A stretch of 32,000 bases of DNA from Idiomarina loihiensis L2TR (GTDB lineage: Bacteria > Pseudomonadota > Gammaproteobacteria > Enterobacterales > Alteromonadaceae). The translations under genes were made by a program, and so were the position numbers. Below, piece after piece: positions 9,722 through 17,750 of this stretch. The notes under the pieces were generated by a model. The model searched no databases. It was not told the origin of the DNA and was given only the letters and a program-made list of their open reading frames with translations. The stretch covers positions 180,001 through 212,000 of the forward strand of contig NC_006512.1 in assembly GCF_000008465.1 (NCBI RefSeq), given 5' to 3'. Numbering within the stretch: the stretch's first letter is position 1; the number at the start of each line of letters is the position of its first letter.

Positions 9722-11904
9722 TGGCCTAAATGCTCCTGTAAATAGTGGATAATGTCTTCTTTTCCAGGCAGAACTTTATAAGCGGCAGAGCCCAGAGGAA
9801 TAAAACTGTCTTTGGCGGTAATACGGTCAACACGCTGCCAGTCACGCCGATGTTCGTACAGAGCGGTTACCAGCTCTTCACTTAACGAACCGCGGTTACG
9901 GCATTCGTCGACAACCAGAATGTGTTTCGCAGAGCCAACGGCCGCCACAATTTTCTCAATATCCAGTGGGACTAAATAGCGCAAATCAAGAATGCGGATT
10001 CGCTTTTCAAGCGCGAGTTCGCTGCACGCCTGCCGACTTAAGTAATAACCGTTGCCATAGGTGATGATAACCAGCTCATCGCCTTCGCCATAACGGGAAG
10101 GCTCGCCGAGAGCCGGTAACGGCGCGGTAGCTGACGGAAACTCATGCAGCCAGCCTTTGTCGCCCTCTGCGAGCAAGTCGCGGGTCATATAAAGCGCAAT
10201 AGGCTCCAGAAAAATCACTAAGCGTTTTTGGCAGTGAGCAAGCTGAACCGCTTGTCTCATCATGAGCACGGCGTCGTGTCCGTTTGATGGACACATCACA
10301 ATAACGCCCGGAATATCGCGAAATACGGCGAAGGAATTGTCATTGTGAAAATGTCCGCCAAAGCCTTTCTGGTAGGCCAGACCGGCAATACGAATGACCA
10401 TACCGTTGTGGTACTGACCATTAGAGAAAAAGGGTAGAGTGGCGGCTTCGCCCCGAATTTGGTCTTCGGCATTATGTACGTAAGCCAGGAACTGTATTTC
10501 TGGTATGGGCAGAAAGCCTTGCTGCGCCATGCCCATGGCTAAGCCAAGAATGCTTTGCTCGTCTAGTAAGGTATTCACCACACGATTTGCGCCAAAGTGA
10601 TCGAACAAGTGGTGAGTCACGTGGTATACCCCACCTTTTTTGCCAACATCTTCACCAAATACCACGGTGTTCTGGTATCGCGCCAATATTTCGTGCAATG
10701 CCCAGTTAATCATTTTGCCTAAGGGTTGAGGCTTCTTAAAGTTGCGCTTATCAAACGCAAATACCGCCTGTTGCTGGGTGCTGGTTAGCGGCTGAGTATC
10801 GTCGGCCAGAGTTTTTGGCACAATGGAAGCCATGACCGACTCTGCGCATTCGAGCCTGGGTCGGGCAGAGGCCTCAGTGCCCACCCGACGAATGCGCTGT
10901 AACCAGCATTGTGCTTTTTCCGAGAGTTGAATGCCGGTACAAAGTTCTCGCTCAATAACTTGCGCTGCACTTTGCAAAAGCACGTCAGTTTCAAAACTTT
11001 GTTCTATCGATTCATTGCTGCGATAGGCAACTTCTGCATCGGCACCGGCATGACCAAAGAAGCGCTGAGTCTTCAAATGTAAAATAGCGGGCTTTCGCGT
11101 ACGCCTGATATACTCAGCTGCCTGACGGGCTACTGCGTAAGTTTCACTGACATTAGCGCCGTCTGCATAGTAGTAGCGTATTGCTGGGTAATTCTGAAGC
11201 TGATGAGCTGTCCATCCTCTGGGAGTCGAGGTAGAAATACCAATGCCGTTGTCTTCACACACATAGAGAATAGGCATCGGCATGCCCTGATAAGCGCTCC
11301 AGCCGGTGGCATTTAGAGCCCCTACGGCGGTGGAGTGGTTTGCTGAGGCGTCGCCAAAGTTACAAAGCACAATGGCATCATCCGGCCACTGGCCAGCTTG
11401 CTTTAAGCGTTTACTGAGTCCAATGGCGTAGGCGGTACCCATAGCTTTGGGTAAGTGCGAAGCAATGGTTGAAGTTTGCGGTGGTATATTCAGTGCCAGG
11501 CTGCCTAAAACCTTGTGGCGACCGCCTGAAATAGGGTCTTCACTGGAGGCACAAAACGACAGCATGAGGTCATATAGCGAGTTCGAGCCTTCTAACTGCT
11601 TGGCACGCTGTAGAAAGAATGCCCCGCTGCGATAGTGCAGAAAAGCCGGATCGGTTACCCGTAAAGCCGCTGCAACTGCAGCGTTGCCCTCATGTCCAGC
11701 GCTGCCAATGGTATAAAAGCTTTTGCCCTGGCGCTGCAGGCGACGCGATTCGATATCAATGAAGCGGCTCAGAACCTGGCTGTGAAAAAGTGCGAATAGA
11801 TCTGAGTCGTTTAAATTTGAGTGCTGCGATTGAGGCGCAGGTAAATCTTCCTGCGCCAGTCGCTCAATAAAGTCCTGTTGCCAGCCCTCAATATCGCAAC
11901 GCAT
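9718..11904 (-). CDS. Thiamine-diphosphate-dependent 2-oxoacid dehydrogenase E1 component, fused alpha-beta subunits
   Basis: 728 aa. The N-terminal half has a TPP motif (FGDASANHS...LYVCEDNGIGIS). The C-terminal half looks like the transketolase-pyrimidine/C-terminal E1-beta part (FGEDVGKKGGVY, IPEIQF, GLAYQKGFGGHFHNDN). No E2 or E3 gene lies nearby. Confidence 0.7.
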   Translation of the reverse strand: MRCDIEGWQQDFIERLAQEDLPAPQSQHSNLNDSDLFALFHSQVLSRFIDIESRRLQRQGKSFYTIGSAGHEGNAAVAAALRVTDPAFLHYRSGAFFLQRAKQLEGSNSLYDLMLSFCASSEDPISGGRHKVLGSLALNIPPQTSTIASHLPKAMGTAYAIGLSKRLKQAGQWPDDAIVLCNFGDASANHSTAVGALNATGWSAYQGMPMPILYVCEDNGIGISTSTPRGWTAHQLQNYPAIRYYYADGANVSETYAVARQAAEYIRRTRKPAILHLKTQRFFGHAGADAEVAYRSNESIEQSFETDVLLQSAAQVIERELCTGIQLSEKAQCWLQRIRRVGTEASARPRLECAESVMASIVPKTLADDTQPLTSTQQQAVFAFDKRNFKKPQPLGKMINWALHEILARYQNTVVFGEDVGKKGGVYHVTHHLFDHFGANRVVNTLLDEQSILGLAMGMAQQGFLPIPEIQFLAYVHNAEDQIRGEAATLPFFSNGQYHNGMVIRIAGLAYQKGFGGHFHNDNSFAVFRDIPGVIVMCPSNGHDAVLMMRQAVQLAHCQKRLVIFLEPIALYMTRDLLAEGDKGWLHEFPSATAPLPALGEPSRYGEGDELVIITYGNGYYLSRQACSELALEKRIRILDLRYLVPLDIEKIVAAVGSAKHILVVDECRNRGSLSEELVTALYEHRRDWQRVDRITAKDSFIPLGSAAYKVLPGKEDIIHYLQEHLGQ

Positions 11905-11918
11905 GGTAAGCCTCGCTA

Positions 11919-13091
11919 CTAAAACGCAGGAATGTCGGTCTGTGAACGACCCAGAATTAACGCGTGAATATCGTGTGTACCTTCGTAGGTATTAACCGCT
12001 TCTAAATTCATCACATGGCGAATAACGTGGTACTCATCGGCAATGCCGTTACCGCCGTGCATGTCGCGCGCCTGGCGGGCAATATCCAGCGCCTTGCCAC
12101 AGCTGTTACGCTTAATGAGAGAAATCGCTATTGGGTTCAGTGTACCCTTATCCAGCTCGCGTCCAGCTTGCAGGCAGCCTAATAATCCCAAGCTAATTTC
12201 GGTCTGCATGTCCGCCAGTTTTTTCTGTATTAACTGGTTAGCCGCCAGCGGGCGACCAAATTGGCTGCGCTCCAGCGTATATTGGCGTGCGGCATGCCAA
12301 CAGAACTCTGCTGCGCCGAGCGAGCCCCAGGCAATGCCATAGCGCGCTTTATTCAGGCAACTAAACGGGCCTTTTAAGCCTTTAACTTCCGGGAAAATGT
12401 GGTCTTCAGATACCTCAACGCCATCCATAACAATTTCGCCGGTAATAGACGCACGTAGCGAGAACTTACCGTCAATTTTGGGGGCGCTCAGGCCTTTCAT
12501 GCCTTTTTCCAGTACAAAACCGCGAATTTCGCCGTCGAGTTTTGCCCAGACGACAAACACATCGGCGATAGGCGAGTTTGTTATCCACATTTTAGAGCCA
12601 GACAGCACATAACCTTTGTCAGTGCGCTTGGCGGTGGTGCGCATACTGGCCGGGTCTGAGCCGGAATCGGGTTCTGTTAAGCCGAAACACCCAACCCATT
12701 CACCGCTGGCTAATTTAGGTAAGTATTTCTTGCGCTGAGCCTCGGTACCAAAGGTGTAAATAGGGTGCATAACCAAAGAGGATTGCACACTCATCGCACT
12801 ACGGTAGCCGCTGTCGACACGTTCAATTTCCCGCGCAATAAGTCCATAGCTAACATGGTTCACACCACTTCCGCCATATTCTTCCGGTAAGGTCGCGCCG
12901 AGTAGCCCCATCTCACCCAGTTCGTTCATAATCTGGCGATCAAAGTTCTCATTACGGTTGGCCTCCAGTACGCGAGGCATCAACTTTTCCTGAGCGTACT
13001 GATGAGCGCTTTCCTGAATCATTTTTTCTTCATCTGACAAGGTGTTTTGCCAGTTGAGCGGATCGGACCAATTAAAACCAGCGGATGACAT
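11919..13091 (-). CDS. gcdH: Glutaryl-CoA dehydrogenase
   Basis: 390 aa that aligns closely end to end with Pseudomonas/human-type GcdH as I remember it: [94 protein letters not shown]. Confidence 0.88.
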   Translation of the reverse strand: MSSAGFNWSDPLNWQNTLSDEEKMIQESAHQYAQEKLMPRVLEANRNENFDRQIMNELGEMGLLGATLPEEYGGSGVNHVSYGLIAREIERVDSGYRSAMSVQSSLVMHPIYTFGTEAQRKKYLPKLASGEWVGCFGLTEPDSGSDPASMRTTAKRTDKGYVLSGSKMWITNSPIADVFVVWAKLDGEIRGFVLEKGMKGLSAPKIDGKFSLRASITGEIVMDGVEVSEDHIFPEVKGLKGPFSCLNKARYGIAWGSLGAAEFCWHAARQYTLERSQFGRPLAANQLIQKKLADMQTEISLGLLGCLQAGRELDKGTLNPIAISLIKRNSCGKALDIARQARDMHGGNGIADEYHVIRHVMNLEAVNTYEGTHDIHALILGRSQTDIPAF

Positions 13092-13111
13092 GTAACCTCC
13101 TGAAAAAAGTA

Positions 13112-13837
13112 CTAAGCGACCCGGCTTTCCAGAGCCGTAAAGTCATTAATAGTGAGAATGGATTGCTCGGTGTTAATCAGCTGCTGTTCTTTCAGGGCAG
13201 TGAAAATACGGCTGACAGTTTCAACAGCCAGGCCCAGATAATTAGCAATATCCGTGCGTGTCATTGGCAATCGGTACTCACTACGGGACAATCCATGTTG
13301 ATGCATGTGCGTGCTTATTGAAAGTAAAAAGGCCACAACTTTCTGTTCAGCACTGGTATTAACAACGTTTAAGTAATGTTTGCTGCAATTTGCTAAGCGT
13401 CGACTCATAAGCTGCAGAAGGTTACTTTCAACTTTAGGAAGTTCCTGCGCAAATAATTTGCTCAGTCTAATTTCACACAGCATAGAGGTTTCCATGGTCT
13501 CACAATATGTAGCTGCTGAACCGCTGGCTAAGCTCTCAAGACCGACAATGTCGCCAACCATATGAAAGCTGGTAATTTGCTGCTTACCATTGCTGTCAAT
13601 GGTGTAGCACTTCACCGAGCCGCTTTTTATTGCGAAAACTGAATTGAGTTTTTGCCCTTCACTAAAAACAACATTACGCTTGTTAAAAAGGTGCGGTTCG
13701 CGGCTGCATTTATCAAGAATTTCGACATCGGTTGGCACTAAACCGGCGGGAACGCAAATTGATTGCATGCTGCATTGGCTACATTGAATTGGGGTACGCA
13801 TAGTCATCTCATCTGCTGAATTATTGATCTGGTTCAC
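13112..13837 (-). CDS. fnr: FNR-type [4Fe-4S] oxygen-sensing Crp/Fnr-family regulator
   Basis: 241 aa. N-terminal Cys-x2-Cys-x5-Cys ([11 protein letters not shown]) plus SMLCEI correspond to E. coli FNR C20/C23/C29/C122. The recognition helix ETVSR matches the E. coli ETISR that reads TTGAT. The start is a GTG with GGAGGG about 9-10 nt upstream, which puts the Cys residues at nearly the E. coli numbering. Confidence 0.85.
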   Translation of the reverse strand: MNQINNSADEMTMRTPIQCSQCSMQSICVPAGLVPTDVEILDKCSREPHLFNKRNVVFSEGQKLNSVFAIKSGSVKCYTIDSNGKQQITSFHMVGDIVGLESLASGSAATYCETMETSMLCEIRLSKLFAQELPKVESNLLQLMSRRLANCSKHYLNVVNTSAEQKVVAFLLSISTHMHQHGLSRSEYRLPMTRTDIANYLGLAVETVSRIFTALKEQQLINTEQSILTINDFTALESRVA

Positions 13838-13886
13838 TATACAAAACCCTCCAGCAAATTTATCTACCTCTAAAGAGAGATGAGAG

Positions 13887-14084
13887 TTACCCCTTATCTT
13901 GTAGAATATCGACAGCCTCTACCGGACATACCGCGTAGCAGTTCGGTGTATCGTAATAGCCTTCACACTCTACGCACTTATCCTGATTTATCTCGTAAAT
14001 GCTGTCGCCCATTGAAATCGCTTCGGTTGGGCATTCGGGTTCGCAAACATCGCAGTTAATACAGCCATCGTTAATGACAATCAT
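13887..14084 (-). CDS. yfhL: YfhL-type 2x[4Fe-4S] ferredoxin
   Basis: I trimmed to the internal ATG: MIVINDGCINCDVCEPECPTEAISMGDSIYEINQDKCVECEGYYDTPNCYAVCP. This is very similar to E. coli YfhL (..[33 protein letters not shown]..). The ATG overlaps the trhP stop in an ATGA at 14081-14084. Confidence 0.85.
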   Translation of the reverse strand: MIVINDGCINCDVCEPECPTEAISMGDSIYEINQDKCVECEGYYDTPNCYAVCPVEAVDILQDKG

Positions 14085-15379
14085 GCTACTTTCCTCACGG
14101 TTGCTTCTTTTATCAGAAAACAAAAGAGAATATCGTTCTTCTCGATGCTAACCGGTGTCTGCAGTTTCACTTGATAACCGGAACCGGGCGCGCGGATCAT
14201 GGCCTCGTTTTTAAGCGACTCCATGCGGGCCAATTGAAACGGATAATTACCTTTGGGTGTCATCAGCAGCAGTTCATCACCAATAGAAAAGCCATTTTTC
14301 ACCTCAACCTCATATAAGGTGTTGTCGGCGGTTGCTGCTGCCAGTTGTCCGACTAGAATATGCTCGCCTTCGCTGTGCGAGCGTTCATAATTCTGCAAGT
14401 CTTGTGGCGTATGGCGTTGTAAGAAGCCCGCAGTAAACCCTCGATTTGCCATACCTTCCAGTTCGCTAAGCAGCTCGTTATTAAAAGGCTTACCGGCTAC
14501 GGCGTCGTCAATTGCGCGCCGATAAACCTGAGCTGTTCTGGCAATGTAATAGTCTGACTTAGTGCGGCCTTCAATTTTTAAGGAATGCACACCCATCTCA
14601 ACTAAGTCCTTTACATATTCAACCGCGCGTAAATCCTTCGAGTTCATGATGTAGGAGCCGTGTATGTCCTCATCCAGCAACATTAAATCCTGTGGACGCT
14701 TCGGATCACCAAGCAGTACCGGTTCATATTGACCCACAGCGTTTTCCTTTGCTTCATGCACCTCATACCCCCAGCGACAGGCATTGGTGCAGGCGCCTTG
14801 GTTTGGGTCGCGCTTGTTCATGTAACCAGACAGCAGGCAGCGCCCGGAGTAGGCCATGCAGAGTGCGCCGTGTACAAATACTTCAACTTCCATGTCAGGA
14901 ACTTGCTTGCGCATTTCAGCAATTTCTTTGAGTCCCAGTTCGCGCGACAAAATAACGCGCTCAATGCCTTGTTGTTGCCAGAACTGAAGTGCAGCCCAGT
15001 TGACCGTGTTGGCCTGGACCGATAAGTGCAGAGGTTGGTCGGGAAAGTACTGTTGCAGCAACATAACCACGCCGGGGTCAGACACAATTAAGGCATCGGG
15101 CTTCATGTCGACAATGGTGCAAATGTGTTCAACAAAACGGGCCAGCTTGGCGTTGTGCGGCGCAATATTGACCACAACATAAAAACGCTTTCCCTGCTGA
15201 TGAGCTTCGTTAATGCATTCGCCCAAGTTTTCCAGGGTAAAGCTGTTATTGCGTACCCGCAGGCTATAGCGAGGTTCGCCAGCATAAACGGCATCTGCAC
15301 CGTAAGCAAAAGCCATACGCATAGCTTCAGGGCTACCGGCAGGACAAAGTAACTCAGGACGGAAATCTGCGGCTGACAT
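14081..15379 (-). CDS. trhP: Peptidase-U32-family tRNA 5-hydroxyuridine (ho5U34) synthase, YegQ/TrhP type
   Basis: 432 aa. PELLCPAGSPEAMRMAFAYGADAVYAGEPRYSLRVRNNSF...FYVVVNIAPHNAKL...VFVHGALCMAYSGRCLLSGYMNKRDPNQGACTNACRW matches E. coli YegQ almost motif for motif. Confidence 0.85.
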   Translation of the reverse strand: MSAADFRPELLCPAGSPEAMRMAFAYGADAVYAGEPRYSLRVRNNSFTLENLGECINEAHQQGKRFYVVVNIAPHNAKLARFVEHICTIVDMKPDALIVSDPGVVMLLQQYFPDQPLHLSVQANTVNWAALQFWQQQGIERVILSRELGLKEIAEMRKQVPDMEVEVFVHGALCMAYSGRCLLSGYMNKRDPNQGACTNACRWGYEVHEAKENAVGQYEPVLLGDPKRPQDLMLLDEDIHGSYIMNSKDLRAVEYVKDLVEMGVHSLKIEGRTKSDYYIARTAQVYRRAIDDAVAGKPFNNELLSELEGMANRGFTAGFLQRHTPQDLQNYERSHSEGEHILVGQLAAATADNTLYEVEVKNGFSIGDELLLMTPKGNYPFQLARMESLKNEAMIRAPGSGYQVKLQTPVSIEKNDILFCFLIKEATVRKVA

Positions 15380-15437
15380 AAAACACCTGTATCACCAAAT
15401 TAACGGTGAAGAATAGCAGAATCAGGGAATTGGCAGC

Positions 15438-15451
15438 TTGACGCAAATCAA
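15438..15451. promoter_or_regulatory. FNR box TTGACGCAAATCAA upstream of trhP-yfhL
   Basis: 9/10 match to the consensus. The centre is 65.5 nt upstream of the trhP ATG. A minus-strand TATTCT hexamer (complement of 15410-15415) would put a TSS near 15403, placing the box at about -41.5 (class II geometry). Confidence 0.55.
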
Positions 15452-15460
15452 GGAGAGGTA

Positions 15461-15491
15461 GCGAGGGTAGGTGTTGGCAGATTACCCTCGC
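15461..15491 (-). terminator. Hairpin downstream of narL (GCGAGGGTA-N13-TACCCTCGC)
   Basis: A 9 bp perfect stem begins 26 nt after the narL stop. The minus-strand 3' tail (TACCTCTCCTTGATTT) is only moderately U-rich and the loop is large, so this is a weak intrinsic-terminator call. Confidence 0.35.
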
Positions 15492-15516
15492 GATTACGGG
15501 CGATTATTATCGGTCC

Positions 15517-16176
15517 TTATTGAGGCGCTTTATTACCCTGTAGGTTGACCATCCATACGGCGGCCTCAACCCGGGAGCGTAGCCCCAGTTTCTTCAATAG
15601 GTGCTTTACGTGTACTTTAACTGTGCCATCTGAAATATCCAGTTCGCGGGCAATGACCTTATTACTCATGCCTTTGGCAATTAAGCTTAAAATCTCGTGC
15701 TCGCGATTGGTTAAGTTACTCAATTGAGAAGTGGTTGACTGCGTTGGTTGGCGCAGTGCGGTCGCCAGTATTTCGGTAATGGCTTCGCTTAAAACCATTT
15801 TGCCGGTAACAGCGCGATGAATCTGTTCCAACAGCAGTTCGGGTTCCATGTCTTTTAGCAGGTAACCGTCAGCACCATTGGTAATTGCCGCAACCACATC
15901 ATCATCAGCATCACTCACTGTTAACATGATGATCCGCGAGGTGACTCCTGAGTCGCGGAGTCTCTTCAGAGTTTCTATGCCATCCATACCCTGCATGTTC
16001 AAATCCAGAACGATTAAGTCAGGGTCGTGCTCTACTGCTAGCAGCAAGGCGTCCGGGCCATTACTGGCCTCTGCGACAACGGTCATGTCATCTTCCATCG
16101 CAATCAACTGCTTTAATCCTTTGCGCAGTAGTGGATGATCATCCACGAGCATAATGCTGGCCGCTTCGGTTGTCAT
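15517..16176 (-). CDS. narL: Nitrate/nitrite response regulator, NarL family (REC + LuxR HTH)
   Basis: I trimmed to ATG 16174-16176 (MTTEAASIMLVDDHPLLRKG..), which has a GGGAGA RBS. That gives 219 aa against 216 aa in E. coli NarL. The motifs DLIVLDLNMQGMDG and LTNREHEILSLIAKGMSNKVIA are present. Confidence 0.85.
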   Translation of the reverse strand: MTTEAASIMLVDDHPLLRKGLKQLIAMEDDMTVVAEASNGPDALLLAVEHDPDLIVLDLNMQGMDGIETLKRLRDSGVTSRIIMLTVSDADDDVVAAITNGADGYLLKDMEPELLLEQIHRAVTGKMVLSEAITEILATALRQPTQSTTSQLSNLTNREHEILSLIAKGMSNKVIARELDISDGTVKVHVKHLLKKLGLRSRVEAAVWMVNLQGNKAPQ

Positions 16177-16272
16177 AGTGTTCTCCCTTATAAATTTAAC
16201 CTGGTTAGTTTGACATAGCTTGTGCACAAATTCACCGCAGACAAGCATTACTTACACTTCTGAATAAAATTC

Positions 16273-16288
16273 TACTCCGAAAGAGGTA
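16273..16288. promoter_or_regulatory. NarL 7-2-7 heptamer pair TACTCCG-AA-AGAGGTA, with an extra heptamer TACTCCA at 16295-16301
   Basis: 13/14 match to TACYYMT-NN-AKRRGTA. It sits in the divergent narL / narK-like intergenic region, about 100 nt from each start codon. Confidence 0.45.
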
Positions 16289-16376
16289 GCTGCTTACTCC
16301 ATAATAAACCTAAAACTAACTCTTGATGTGAGTTGTATCCAAACCCTCATAGTTGCAAAGTCCTTACTCTGTGAAT

Positions 16377-17729
16377 ATGACAACGAATTGCAATGTTATG
16401 GGTAAAGTTTCGCAAGCGAATACAATGAGCGATGTTCGTGATTACCTCGGTTCTCGCGCGCTTTCCCGTGGGTTAACGCTGAGTGTGTTATTGCTTGGTG
16501 TCACATTTTGGGCAAGCTGGAGCGTTATCGTTGTATTACTGGCAAAATCAAACCTTAACTTAAGCCCGGTTCAGTTGCTGTCATTAGTCGCTATTGCTGG
16601 GGCAAGCGGTGCTGTGTCCAAGTTGTTAGGAACTTTGCTAGTCAATATCCTCGGACGATGGATGCCTACAGTTATTGCCACTCTTATGCTGTTAATGAGT
16701 ATTATCAGTTATGTGCAATTTTCAGCTGTGCAGCTGAGCTATCCTATATTGGTTGCTTTAGCTGCGGGGTCAGGCATGGGCTGCATGATGTTTGCGCCTG
16801 CATTCGACTTAACCCGCCAGTCAAAGGTCATGATCCCCTTGCCGTTGTCCATGAGCCTGGTTATCGGCATGATGATATTCTCTCTGTTTTTAGCTCAGCT
16901 GGTTGTGCCTCTGCTGGCTACCTGGCAGTTAGCTGCGGTAGATTCCGCTCTCATACTCGAGCGCAGCAGTGGTCATTTTTTCGCTCGCATCGAGGCCGGC
17001 CAGACTATTTTGCTAAACAATTTCAGTTTTGTCTGGGCTATTCTTTTTGGCCTGACAGCCATTTTGAGCGCCGCGGCTGCTTTATTGTCAAACCACAAAC
17101 AGTCATTACCCAAAGTCACTTTAAGAAAGCTGCTGGCTCACAATGGTCACGTCTGGTATTGCAGTATTCTGTACAACATGACGTTTGGTAGCTTTATTGG
17201 CTTTACTATGGCATTGCCACTGATGCTGGAATTTGTGTTTGGTTACAGCACCTTAATTCTGGTTTGGATGGGGCCTTTTATTGCTCTGTTAGCCAGGCCT
17301 TTCGGACGTTGGCTGGCGACTATTTTTGGTGGCGCTCTGATAACGCAAGTGAGTCTGTTACTGATGATGATATTTGGGGCTTTGGCTGGCCGCTACATGT
17401 ATTTTGCTCAACATGGTGCCACTGAACTCTACTTTGAGCCTTTCTTCATCAGCATGCTGGGACTGATTTTTACCAGCGCCTTGGGGAACGGTTCAGTCGT
17501 TGTCAGTATGACCAAAGTCTTTCCCAGAACTTATACTCACAGAGTGTTAATTTGGGCGGGCACTATCGCTATGCTGGGCGCGGTTTATTTGCCCTTGCGC
17601 TTTGCCTGGGCTTTGCAGTCGCAAAACATGGACACCGTTTATATCGACTTCATTGTTTTCTATGTTATCGGGCTCTTGTTAAACGGTTTTGTCTATTTGC
17701 GCCGACGCGGCCAGTTCTATAACCCTTAA
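16377..17729 (+). CDS. Divergent NarK-family MFS protein (nitrate/nitrite porter-like), with the first nitrate-signature motif degenerate
   Basis: NarK-like blocks are present: LYNMTFGSFIGFT (E. coli LYLATFGSFIGFS), GPFIALLARPFG (the R305 region) and ALGNGSVV (second signature). The first signature GLNGGLGNMG aligns with PLSMSLVIGM, and the R89 position aligns with Lys. The start is uncertain: TTG 16353, or ATG 16377, 16398 or 16425. None has a good RBS. Confidence 0.6.
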   Translation: MTTNCNVMGKVSQANTMSDVRDYLGSRALSRGLTLSVLLLGVTFWASWSVIVVLLAKSNLNLSPVQLLSLVAIAGASGAVSKLLGTLLVNILGRWMPTVIATLMLLMSIISYVQFSAVQLSYPILVALAAGSGMGCMMFAPAFDLTRQSKVMIPLPLSMSLVIGMMIFSLFLAQLVVPLLATWQLAAVDSALILERSSGHFFARIEAGQTILLNNFSFVWAILFGLTAILSAAAALLSNHKQSLPKVTLRKLLAHNGHVWYCSILYNMTFGSFIGFTMALPLMLEFVFGYSTLILVWMGPFIALLARPFGRWLATIFGGALITQVSLLLMMIFGALAGRYMYFAQHGATELYFEPFFISMLGLIFTSALGNGSVVVSMTKVFPRTYTHRVLIWAGTIAMLGAVYLPLRFAWALQSQNMDTVYIDFIVFYVIGLLLNGFVYLRRRGQFYNP

Positions 17730-17750
17730 GAGTGTGGACGGTGTCTTTCA

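Noticed and set aside
13824-13837. An FNR-like TTGATCTGGTTCAC at the 5' end of fnr, which could indicate autoregulation.
   Set aside because: The right half matches only 3/5. With the GTG 13837 start, which reproduces E. coli Cys numbering, the sequence lies inside the coding region.
16177-16248. N-terminal extensions in the ORF track, for example narL from 16248, the OMP from 2060, yfhL from 14123, ubiV from 29891, hemN from 28288 and narX from 19610.
   Set aside because: The extended starts use TTG or GTG or lack an RBS. Internal ATGs with Shine-Dalgarno motifs give N-termini and lengths that match the E. coli homologues, so I trimmed the coordinates.
16658-17191. A 177 aa ORF in an alternative plus frame inside the NarK-like gene.
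   Set aside because: It is fully nested in a longer ORF with MFS/NarK motifs. Its translation is Cys/His/Arg-rich with no membrane or domain character.
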